A stretch of DNA of 64,000 bases from assembly GCF_009914755.1 (NCBI RefSeq), contig NC_060925.1. One strand, written 5' to 3'. Every line of letters begins with the position of its first letter. The first letter of the stretch is position 1. Of the stretch, positions 29,728 through 41,274 are shown piece by piece. Source of the DNA: the human T2T-CHM13v2.0 reference genome, Homo sapiens. A model generated the notes under the pieces. It searched no databases. It was given only the letters and a program-made list of their open reading frames with translations, and was not told the origin of the DNA. The position numbers were made by a program, and so were the translations under genes.

Positions 29728-29818
29728 AGGAGGCGGCGACCGAGAAGATGCCCGCCCTGCGCCGCTCTGCTGTGGGCGCTGCTGGCGCTCTGGCTGTGCT
29801 GCGCGACCCCCGCGCATG
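29681..29818 (+). CDS. NOTCH2NLC: uN2C upstream ORF (poly-glycine microprotein), exon-1 part: MWICP(G)14DREDARPAPLCCGRCWRSGCAARPPRM; continues in exon 2 outside the window
   Basis: ATG at 29681, 15 nt before the repeat. 46 codons open to the donor (phase 0). Matches the known uN2C/uN2CpolyG N-terminus. Confidence 0.88.
29696..29737 (+). repeat. NOTCH2NLC: (GGC)10(GGA)2(GGC)2 trinucleotide repeat, NIID-associated STR, non-expanded allele
   Basis: Counted directly: 14 Gly codons, with two GGA interruptions at 29726-29731. Confidence 0.97.
29748..29818 (+). pseudogene. NOTCH2NLC: Frameshifted NOTCH2 start and signal-peptide segment
   Basis: ATG CCC GCC CTG CGC CGC TCT reads MPALR-RSAVG. The rest of the NOTCH2 signal peptide (ALLWALLALWLCCATPAH) lies in a different frame. 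Confidence 0.88.
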
Positions 29819-29901
29819 GTGAGTATCGGGCTGAGGGGCGCTGTCCGCGGCGCCCGGGGCTGCCACCTGGGGCGACCCTTCTCCCCCTCGGTCCTTCTCT
29901 G

Positions 29902-29909
29902 TGTGGGAA
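29902..29909 (+). promoter_or_regulatory. RBPJ/CSL consensus motif TGTGGGAA
   Basis: Exact YGTGGGAA match within the CpG island. Motif only. Confidence 0.45.
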
Positions 29910-29994
29910 GGCCAGGCTCGGCCGCCGGCGCGGAGCGAGGCCACTCGCTGGGTTCCCGAGAGTTTGGACATCGCCGGGGGCCCCTCCCGTGGTG

Positions 29995-30041
29995 CCCCGC
30001 CAACCGCCGGGGTTCCCCGCCAACCGCCGGGGTTCCCCGCC
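29995..30041. repeat. 20-bp tandem duplication CCCCGCCAACCGCCGGGGTT, about 2.3 copies
   Basis: Exact copies at 29995-30014 and 30015-30034, plus CCCCGCC. Confidence 0.95.
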
Positions 30042-31672
30042 GCCTCTGCTCCCCGCGGCCCGGGACCCCTCACACGCCTCCTCGGCAGGAGGGAGGCCGG
30101 CAGCAAGTCTCAGAAACTCCTTTTTCGTAGTGCCAGGGTGCAGGGAGGTGGGCAGTTTTGCCCTTCAGGTTCCGCGTTTCTTGGGGTCGAGCGAGAGCCG
30201 ACGGCGGGCCTCGGAGGGGCTGAGCGAAGGCGTGCCAGATTCTGGCGTGGAGAGCGGGGGCAGGGCCGCCAAGCCAAACGGCCTGCACCTTCGCAGCCAG
30301 CCTCGCCTTTGCCAGGGGGCGGCACATGGGCCGGGTGTGTGGGCTTGGTTTGGATGGGGACGGGGTTTTGCGGCGCGCCTGAGTTTTGACACTCCAACCC
30401 CACCGAAAGTCCGGAGGAGCCGGGTGTGCTGCTCGCGTCTTTGAAAGGTGGAGGCAGGAGAAGTAGGGCAACTGGTGTGGCTGCATGCTGAGGCACATGA
30501 TTTAAAAATCTCAACTGCTGTTATTCTTTCCGAGGCGCGGAGCTCTGCTGCTGTTTCAGGCTGTGTCCAGACCCAGGAATGTGGTGTGACGATCACCAAT
30601 TCCTCCAACCTGGCAGCAGCATTTGCTGCTCCTTTGGCATGGCTGGGGGTGGGGCACGGGCGGGTGAGAAAAAGTGGATACGTCAATTCAAAGGGCTTCC
30701 TTAGAAAGCTTCTTTATGGTTGGATGTTTCTAACACGGTTGGACCAAGGAAAGGGAATCAAATCATATCTTCCCCATCCCACCCACACTTTTAGATTCTA
30801 CATTTCTTCAGACCCTTTAGTGGAAATAACTTGGGCTTTGGAGCCCTGCTCTGTAATCCTGGATTCAAATCCAGCTCTGCTATATGAACTCACCAATAAA
30901 ATGGGAATGAAATTATCCAGCTAATAGGATTAATTAAAATAATGTATATTAAACGGATGACACTCCAAAGGTGTTCAGAAAGTCCTTTGAGGGCCGAGGC
31001 TGTGTTTTACTGCTTCTGAGATTGATGCTCCCAGTGGGATGGTGTCTTGTGCATATTTGTTGAACGGAAAGCAGCCCCTTCTTTTTCTGAGCCTAATCTG
31101 AATAAAGATTTTTACCTTCACCAAAAAACTAGTACATGAACTACATCTGTTTTCAAAGAAAAGGTTAGGAAGATGATGAGCTTCAGAAAAATATGGTCTT
31201 TGTTCATTGTTAACAGTCAGTCGACATGTCAATCGCAGATGTTTAAAAAGAGAACAAGGTTATTTATCACCCGAAAATAGTACTGGGTTGTTCAGCACCA
31301 ACTAGATACTTCTTGGAAAGTTCAAATTTCGTACACGTCTAGGTCACTAAGAATTTCAGAAGTGGACCAGGAGGCTTTGTAGTGATGAAGCAGAGCTGTT
31401 GTTTCTGAAGCATTTAATAAAGAGCATATATGATGGTGTTTTTGCTTTTCCTTTTTCTTTGAATGAAAGCTTTAAGTGTAGCTTTAGGATAGAGAGGAGT
31501 ATAATCAATGAGACAGTCTGAGGGTAATAATCCTTGGTCTATCATTAACTTGTTTTGGTAAATAACTTAATCTTCATGATATGTAGTCTCTTCACCTATG
31601 AAGCAGGACTAAAGGAATAACCTGCTTTAGAGAATTGTAGGGAATAATAAATATGATTGTAAAGTGATTTGA

Positions 31673-31990
<318 letters not shown>

Positions 31991-34900
31991 GTATTAAATA
32001 ATATGTCAGAAATGGGATTACTCTGACACATAGGGCTTCTTTTATTATAGGATCTCAGTGCATAAAACTATGCCCTCCACCTCTGCTCTGCTGAGGTGCT
32101 GCGATTATTAGCTAGCTTTTAGGTAGTCAAGTTGAGTGTTAGTCAAGTTGACTCAAAGGATAGGATTTAGATATTTTGATTTTTAGACAGGTGTTCTTTA
32201 GATGCTAAACTAATGCAGTAGAAGAGATTTAGAAGCCTGTTTCTTGGTACAAATCTTAAATCTTCTTAGAGTCTACAGTGAAGGCTTCTTGAATCCTCTT
32301 AATTTATTATTGTGTTTTGCTAAGGTACCAATTACAGCACACCCTTCTAAACTTTTGAGTGCTCCTGTGTTTGGCTTGTGGCCAATTGTTAATTTAAACA
32401 TCACGGAGTTTCTAAGGCAAGGAGATGTTAGCAGTATGTCTGATTGTCTAAACAGCTATCCAGGACCATCCTCTTGCTCCTTGTTTTCTTTTGCTTTGCA
32501 ATGGGAAGTGACTCCCTGATTTTGCTGCCTGCTAGATAATTTCTCAGCTGAATTCTTCTCTTAAACAAAATCGGAGTAATTTTCTTTCAGATGGTGATGA
32601 AATTTAACCTAAAACTATTTTTCCTTTCACTTTCTTATTATTCCTTTTTTTTTTGGTGTGGTGGAGAGGAGGAGGAGAGTGATTCCTAGTCTCTCTTATT
32701 TTTCTGAATGTTTAGATTTAAAAAATATTTACCCATAACTTCTTGGGATCTCTCTGCTCCATTCCCACCCTACTGCCTCTCCTGTAGGCTTCTATGACAT
32801 AGAGAAGCAACTTTTGGTTCACCTGGATTGTAGTTGCTGACTTCAGGACCTTTAGAGAATGTTTAAATTCAGTGGGATATGCTTGGATGGTTCAGAGCAG
32901 CCTTACAATACATTTTAAAAATATCACACCCACAGAAATTCTATTTTGCCCACAAAATTTGCATTGATCTAGTTCCCACTCTGTGTTGCCATTCCTAGTG
33001 ATCCTCCTCCCTACCTCTCCCATTATGGTAGAAAAAAACTCTGTGTCCTGGCTACATCAAAATCTGTTGGGGTGGATCTTGGACTCAGCACCCAGGGATT
33101 CTGATAAGGTAAGTTTGAGAATCCATATTTTTTCAAGGTTTACAGGTGATTCTGACAAGTAACTTGGTTGCAACCCACTGATTAAGTACATTTTTTTTTA
33201 CCTTCAGGTGTGTGTATGAGGTCTTTCTAAATTTAAGAAATTTCCATAACAAATGTAACCTTAGTCATTCCAGTGTTTAACACTTCTGACTCAAGAATTT
33301 TAAAATTGCTGACGTAAGAGATATAGAATATAATGTCATTTCTTCTGTTTATCTGGGTGCAGTATGTCTGCATTGACCCTTTAGAAGGGCTTCATATATT
33401 TAGATGATATAATAAATTCTCCACCTCTCCTTTTCCCTTTTCTTCTGTTATCTCGTTTTCCTTAAATGTCATTCATACATGTTGTTTTTTGACCCTTTAT
33501 CTATATACGTCTGCAATGATTTTAGAGTAAAAAACTGCAAGGCGTGATTTGAATAAGGATATAAGAAATTTTACATCATTTTCTTTATATTGTGTTCACA
33601 GTCCATAGTTACATGCTTCCTTTCTTGATGTCTCAGTTCGAATGCCTAAATTTGAACTATTAATTTTCCTTCCACCCTTTCCTGATTTTCCTGTTTTTGT
33701 TTCCCACCCTTTCTCTGCAAATGACTTGAAACCAAAAGGTCTTCTTTTCTTTCTTTGTCAGCCTACCATATGTGTAGTATTTTGGACAGATCACTGAACT
33801 AGGAGCCAGAAGACCAGAATTCTTCTCCAGGTCTGTTATTAATTGGTTTGGTGACCTTGTAGGAGAGCCACTGTTTTGGTCCTCCATTTTCTGATGTTCA
33901 TTGTTCATGGTCACAGAGCCAATTAGAGTTGAGACTAGAATTCCTTTCTTCTGGTGTCCAGTGCCTCATTCACTGTCCACATTGCTTCCATCTCATGTAC
34001 AAATGCGCTTATGTGCACAAAAACTCTTATAACATCCTCAAGTGCTTATTGTTAATGCGTACATGAGGAAGGAATCGTGTATTTTCATTTATGTGTTTAT
34101 TCTAATGCCCATACCCTACCCCTGTACCTGGCATGATGCCTTGGTATCTAATAGGCACACAATAAATACTTGTTCAGTCGAACAATTATTTTTAGCCACT
34201 TTCTTATTTTGGACAACTGTGGTACTCCTAGACATTTTAAAAATAGTATTTGCAGGAGTCATGCTTACCTTACATTTGGGGAAAAACCAAATTTTTCCCT
34301 TCCCCAGATGTTTCATTTAAACTTGTAATTTTGAATTTCTTTGTGTGTGGGGTTTCTTTCTTTCTTTTTCTGATCACTTCTGCAATTTATAAAGGTCACT
34401 TTGACTTTGGAATCTCACTTCAAAGGCACTGCCACCCACCCCCTGCCTCTCACTCAAGTTTGCTTCCACTGCTTCCTGTATTACTGTATTACTAGGCCAG
34501 CAATTTCTGTTATTTTGTCCAGAATAGCCACACCTTATTGTAATTTCATCATTTTGGGGACTAGTCATTTTTGGAATACTATTTTTAAAATTAGAGTTAA
34601 CTAAGTTTATATTTATTTTGATAATTTTTTTTGAGATTTTTTTCATTGAGTTGGATATTGCAAACTTGTACTGGATTGAGAGAATATGTACATTTAGTAA
34701 AGTATATTTGCTTTTTTTTTTTTGAACCAAGAGAGTCCCCTGAACACCCTGCTGACAAAAACTAAAGGTGAAATATGATGAATAAATATTTGAGAGAATC
34801 ACATGGTGTTGAGTTGTCTCTGCCACATGATTTTGATCCTTGAGGGCCAGGTCTGTGCTACACACATTTCTTCTCTGTACTACAGAACTTGTCTGGCATG

Positions 34901-37900
34901 TGCCCGAAATTCAGAGTCAACTGAGCGGCAGGTCTTAGTCACAGCATCTATGACTCCTGCTTTCCCACCTTTAGAACATTCTATAGGAGAGGCTGATGGT
35001 GAGTTGGAGTGTGTTTCTATGTTCTTTTTTCCTTTGAAGAGATAGGATCAGTTGAAAGCTGACCCCACCCACAGACTTTTTTTGCTATCTCTTTTAATTA
35101 ATTAAGGAGTGGCTGAAATTTTCCTCTTTGTTGACTTATGCATTGGCGGGAACTTTAAAATTCATCTAGTCTTTCTGTCCATCCCATGCTGGATCTGATG
35201 TTTACAACATTCTAGTCAAGAGGTACCATATTTTCTCTCTTCTTGAACATCTCTTGTGGTAGACAGCTCTCCACAGCAGTTTATTCCATCTTTGGCCAGC
35301 TCTAATTCTTAGAAAGATCTTCTTATATTCAGCTGTAATCCATCTCCTCATGACTTGTCCTCATTGACATCTACTCAGAAATTTGTCTCAGAGTCCTGAG
35401 ACCTGTGCAGGTGATAGGGACCCAAAGAGATGCTTGTCTGTAGACTTTACTGGGCTGACACCCAGCTCTCCATAAAAGGAGTCAAACCCAGTGAGGAGCA
35501 TGTCTGGGGTGATTGCTCAGGTAAAGCATCTTAGCCCTACTTGTTTCATACCTCCCTGCACAGGTGGGCACTGGTGGGAGAATCACATTTATCAAGCAGT
35601 GTTTCCCTAACCTCTCTTATGATAAGAATAGCTCAGGTGTTCTCATGGAGATTCTGATTCAGTGCATCTGGAATGTCATCTGGGAATTTGTGTGTTCAAG
35701 AAATAGCCAGGTGATTCTTACATTAGGAAAGTTTTAGAATCACTGCAGAGTGAATCTGGGAAATCAAAGTGTTTGTTTTTGTTTGTTTGTTTTTTGAGAG
35801 TATTAGAGACAGGTTGCTTTGGCTAGATCCTGTGGTCATTTTTCCCCCTTGGAAATGCCTCCTACTTGCTGGCCTCACTTAGTACAGAGAAGAAAGCTGC
35901 TATGGTATAAGGTTAGTAAAGTTGTTTGTTTTGTCTTAAAAGAAATTTGCGAAATCCAGCATTTTCGGACTTCTGTTTGTGTTGTATGACTTTGTTGTAA
36001 GCCTCCTTATTCCTCCATTAGAATGTTACCTGAGATGTTAGAATGCATAGGAGTTCCACAGCCTTTTTGGTGTCCACTAAAGAATTCTGTCCTCAGCCGT
36101 TGCAAATGGTGCTTCCTTTGAGGATTTCTGCTTCATTAGCTCATGAACACATATTTGGTGTCGGCAGTTTCCCTCAGATGTGTTAGTGTGGAGAGATATA
36201 AAGGTCACTCATTTCTGGTGGTCCTGCTTTTGGGGTTTCTGGGCTGCTGCAGCAAATGAAATAAGGAAAGGAAAATAAAGGAGGAATCTAGGGCTTCTTG
36301 AGCAGAACAAAACAATCTGCAAGAAGGGGCACAGGATTGCTCCTCTCACAAAGACACTTGATAATACTGTCCTTGATAGGAAGAAGGAAGTGGCTTCAGA
36401 TCTGAAAGGATATGCTCATAGGCTTGAGACGGGACAAACTGCATCACTGGTAGTGGTAGGAGGTTTGCCGTAGATCTGTTTTTTCTCCTGTCTCTCTTTT
36501 TTGAGGAGAATATTATCTGTATGGCAGAACATACATTGTGGTCTTAAAAAGGAGAGTAAAGCCAAGAAAGGGGGATGATAAAGCCATAGCTTGGAATAAG
36601 AAAAGCAAAGGAATTATTGTATTAATTTGTGTATGTAAATACATAGGTTTCCATGTAATTCACTGGTAGGATCACTAGCCCTTGGCACTAACATTTGCTA
36701 TCTTTGTAGCTCTGCTGTCTTAGTGGTGTATTGGGGGAGCATTGTGGTGTGTTGTCACACTTAATTTGTGTGCTTCCCTTGGCATCATGTGGTAGCAAGT
36801 ACAGGGTATTCTACTCTTCTAGATGTGTGGGAATCATTGACCAAGTAGAAAATATGGTCCTGCTCCCAAGGAGCTGACATCATCATGGAGACAAGACAGA
36901 TAAGCACACAATTAGGAATATGAAATACAGTTATTTTATCATTTATCTATGCTCTCTGAAAGCAGTTTCCTGCAGTCAGGGTGACTCGGATCTATAGGGT
37001 CTTGGGAGTAAACTTCAGGTCTTAATACCACCAGGGAAAGGCGACCTCCAGCTCACCCTTGCTGGGCTTGTCTGCTGTCGTGAGCTGTCTGCCATTTTCC
37101 TCTTTCTTTGTTGTAATTTAGAAGTATTAGAACTTGGCTTGGGGAAAAGACAAAAACCCCTTTGTCTGGTGAGGGTGTAAATATAAATTTGGCACATGTT
37201 GTTGTGTCTATTATGTCTGTTAGTGGGTTTGCGGCAAGAGAGAGTGCTGTGTTCTTAGTCCCGAATGCCAAGCCTGAACTAGGACAAGTTATGGTGGAAA
37301 TATCTTCCTTGGAAGATGCAGTTCTCAGTGGCAGTGGCTGAAGGAACTTCTCGTCACAGCCAGGCAGTGACTGAAGTGTGGTGTGGACACACCCAGAGTT
37401 GCTGCCTCAGGTGGCATTGATTAATCATACTAATATCTCCCTCACCCTTTTGTACTTGTCTTGGCAAAACCCTGTTCTACTAGCTCCCCAATAGTTTGGC
37501 CTTTATTAGGTATGATTGAACAAGCTCTTGGGGGTTCACCTTAGTGTCCCTTGCCCCTCTCGCATTTCCAGCCAGCTACGTCGCTCCAGCCATGGTACCC
37601 CGGGTCCTCTGGCTAGGCAGTGAGGGGCTGGGTTTTTCTTTCCATTGGACTGAAGCACCTTTCCCTGGAGGCTTGCCTAGGGCAGTTTCTGGTCTCCGAG
37701 TCAGTTCCTTCTGCAGGATACTGGCAGCTGGCAGAACTCTGGGTTATTTGAATACATCAGCCAAACATCTTGCCAAGATGGACTCATTGTTGCATAACGA
37801 CAGGTTGGATCTATGGGTGTTGCAGAACCTGTTTCTGGGTTAAGAGTAGCTCTCTCACCCTTATTATATATGTTTATTCATATGATGAATGTATGTGTGT

Positions 37901-40900
37901 ATTTTGTGAAGTAAGGAAAACATGATGATAATATTGTGGTTGGAGTTAGATACCTTATCCTAAATATGTTGTCTTTTTAACAAATAGCATTCCTTTAAAA
38001 TACAGTTGTGCTTGATGAATAAGGTGTTGTACAAGAAGCTGTGGTTACATTCTAAAATAAACTGCCTTGTTCTGAGGCAGGCATGTTTTAAAATTGTTGT
38101 TTGCTTCTTTTTCATCTCTTTTTATTTTCATCTTTTTTTTTGTGAGAAGATTCTGGAAGTTTTTAAGCCTCAAATATTTTCAATAATCTATTTTAACGGG
38201 TACCTAGCAGGGAGAGGTTGTTCTATTGGTATACCTAACCAACATTCAAATAAGAATAATTGAATACTGTTTACTCACTAATCTATTCTGTTGAGTTTCT
38301 AAGTATGAATAATCACAAAACTAGATAGTGCTGATATATTAACTTCTCTAAATGGTAAATGTGGTAAGTAGCAAAGACATTTTTGTTTAATTCTCTCCTT
38401 ACACATGCTTTGGTTCAGACGCTGTCAAGACACATTGAAGTTTGAGGACATGTGTATTTCGATTATTTTATTATATTTTTATTTGCTGTGAATATGGGTT
38501 TATTTATTTGCTAGATCTTCTTTAGTTAGAAACATTAAGGGCATTTACTTTATTACAACATTTAAAGTGCATTCTAATCTTCATGAGGAATTTTAGGTAA
38601 AAGACCGTATCCTGAGATTCATGCAAGTCTTTGGCATTATGTTACTATTTAAAGTAAGTAATATGTAGTGGCTTCTCTGACATATTCTTTCTAAGAGAGT
38701 TAAGGAAAATAGTTGTAACTAAAAACAAACATTGAAACAGTTTAAGGTAGGTTTACGTAGCAACAGAATTATTCGTTATGTTTACAGATAATTAACTCAT
38801 ATTTAAACTTTGCTGATTTTCTCTGGCACCTTTACAAGATTTTTTTATTTTTGTAATATAAAAAGTAATTATGTTTGAAAAAGTAGTTAAGGATGTTTGA
38901 AGAATCTAGAAAAGCGTAAATAAAATGTCCACAATCATGCTGCCATTAATTTTTTGGTATACGTCTTTGGTTTTTTACCCTTAGATTTAGAAAAGCTGTT
39001 GATTTATTTATATATATATATATATATAATATATATTTTTTTTTTAGTTTATGAACAGATCTACATATATATATATGCACACACACATAATATACTATTG
39101 TCAACACTAGGTTTTATTTTTAAAAATCTTTACCATTTGATAAGTGGTAAATATTACTTAATCTTAATATGCCTCTCTCATTACAGTGATATTGAATGTT
39201 TTTTCATATCATCAGTGGCGTTTGTATTGCCTTTTTTTCTACTTCTTTTGGTAAATTGTGTCTTTTACTCATTTAATTATTTTCTTACTGGTTTGAAAAA
39301 GCTCTTTAAATATTAAGGGTGTTAGTCTTTTGTCTTAAATATGTCACAATATGTATGGAAATAATTAGCAGTATATAACATAACATCAAATTGCTACCAA
39401 TGTTGATATAAAAATTGTTCATTTCATAGGTTAATTTTTTTTAATCCTTTGGTTTCTAATGATATTGGTTAATTCATTTGTTAACTGCTATTTTCTGTAG
39501 CTACTTGAAAGTTCTTATCTGACTGTATCGTAAATCAGCATGCTTTCAGCTGTATATGTCTAGGAAATTGACATTTACTTTAATACTTAATAAAAAAATA
39601 TGTTGGAGAAAAGCAGTGTGTTCTGGAGTCAAATACATGATTTTGGGTGGGTGACGTAATCGGCTACTGTCCTCCTTTTCTAGATAGCCAAGATTTTTGA
39701 AGCATTTAACATCCCTGAAAGGCAGGACTAATGCTATGTCTACCATGCACTGCTAATTCTGACACTTTGACCTAATGGATAAATGCCAGTACAGTGGGTC
39801 TAGTCAGTTAGCTTGGTCAGAGAACAAGATGACTAAGATTCTCTCCCCCTTTCCTCACCAAATTGATTAGTTGTAGGACAGAACTGACTGAAGCAACCTG
39901 TTGTTTTGGCAACCCATGGACACCACCTGTTTCTTCCATTCCTCCGTCCAGCCTCTCACTGCCCTAGTGCAGTGCTGTGTGCACAGTGGGTAGGAGATCA
40001 ATGTTGTTGCTAAAGAATGTAGCAATAAAGAAGAGTAGATTGCTTTTTTTCCAAGCTTTTGTGTTTTTAAGGCACCCCGCTGGTTTTGACATTCGTTGCT
40101 CCAGCTGAACTGCTCTATGCTGAAGCCCTGCAGGTCTCAAGTGTTTGGTTCAGAGTAATTTCAGGCCATATGAATGCTTTCTTAAGTATCATTGGAATTT
40201 ACTGGGCTGGCTGTCTGCCAGCTATTACCATATTTAGCATGAAGAGACCTGGGGAATGAGGACATTTCTGATCAACCAAGGAAGGAAACCTATTTGAAGG
40301 ATTACAATATTTTCTTTTTTTTTTTTTTTAATGGTGTAGTTCAGAAAACGCCAGTTAGACTGAGACTCAAATTTATGTCCACTGGTCTTTGTTTCTGTGC
40401 CCCATCCCAAAATTAATTTATGAATAGGAAAAGAGATTTGATAGTGAAGTTCTTTCTCACTCTGAAGTCTAATACTGTTTCTGGGAGGAAGTAAGAGAAT
40501 TATTATGCCCACACTGTGCACTGAGAGGCTTAACCAGCAGGTGAAGCTGTTGATTAAAAACATAGGTTGATGAGTATTCTCATTTTTCTCCTTTGAAGCT
40601 TTCAGAAATTTTCTGCTTTGTCCTGGTCTAAATTTATTTTGGCCCAGCCCTTGTCTCCACCCTACATTTCAAACCAGTAGCCTTCCCTCTATGGCTCAAC
40701 ATTTCTCTGCCTCAGTTTTTTCCATTTTAAAGATGAAGATATTGTTTGGAAGGACCAGTAAATACAATTAATATAAAAATTGCTTCTGTAGAATCAAACA
40801 ACCTCCAACATTTCTGTTGGAAATTTATAGTTTATAGAGTATTCTTACACAATGATCTCCTTTAATCCTCACAAACTTGGTGGAAATGGAGCCTCACAGG

Positions 40901-40974
40901 GGCTAGGTGACTTGTATACATTGTTTACCCCTACATAATAAGTGACAGAGCTGGTACTTAAACTTGTGGCTTGA

Positions 40975-41274
<300 letters not shown>

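Larger units (their letters stand above)
29439..29818 (+). other. NOTCH2NLC: Exon 1 of NOTCH2NLC (Notch 2 N-terminal-like C); 5' end approximate
   Basis: Near-identical to the recalled NOTCH2 5'UTR/exon 1. Donor CATG|GTGAGT at 29818/29819. ATG-to-donor is 71 nt versus 73 in NOTCH2 (2-bp deletion). CCATPAH replaces CCAAPAH. GGCATTTGCGCCTGTGCTTCGGACCGT (29579-29605) matches a NOTCH2NLC PCR primer site as I recall it. Confidence 0.9.
29250..30450 (+). promoter_or_regulatory. NOTCH2NLC: CpG-island promoter of NOTCH2NLC
   Basis: Abrupt GC- and CpG-rich segment in an AT-rich background. GC box GGGGCGGGGC at 29431-29440, NF-kB-like GGGAAACCCC at 29381-29390, no TATA box seen. Edges approximate. Confidence 0.92.

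Noticed and set aside
29439-29818. Calling the gene NOTCH2, NOTCH2NLA or NOTCH2NLB
   Set aside because: The signal peptide is frameshifted, which excludes an intact NOTCH2 or NOTCH2NLB, and the ATG is intact, whereas I recall NOTCH2NLA has it mutated. Gene conversion among paralogs leaves some residual uncertainty.
29313-29822. 169-aa sense ORF with poly-Ala, in frame with the NOTCH2 ATG
   Set aside because: Its ATG lies upstream of the likely transcription start region, so it is probably not in the mRNA.
29651-30444. Long unspliced sense ORFs of 159 and 253 aa
   Set aside because: They read through a consensus GTGAGT donor into GC-rich intron, where stops are rare by composition.
32124-32153. 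Short repeat and near-palindrome TAGTCAAGTTGA, two copies
   Set aside because: Too short and isolated to distinguish from local slippage.
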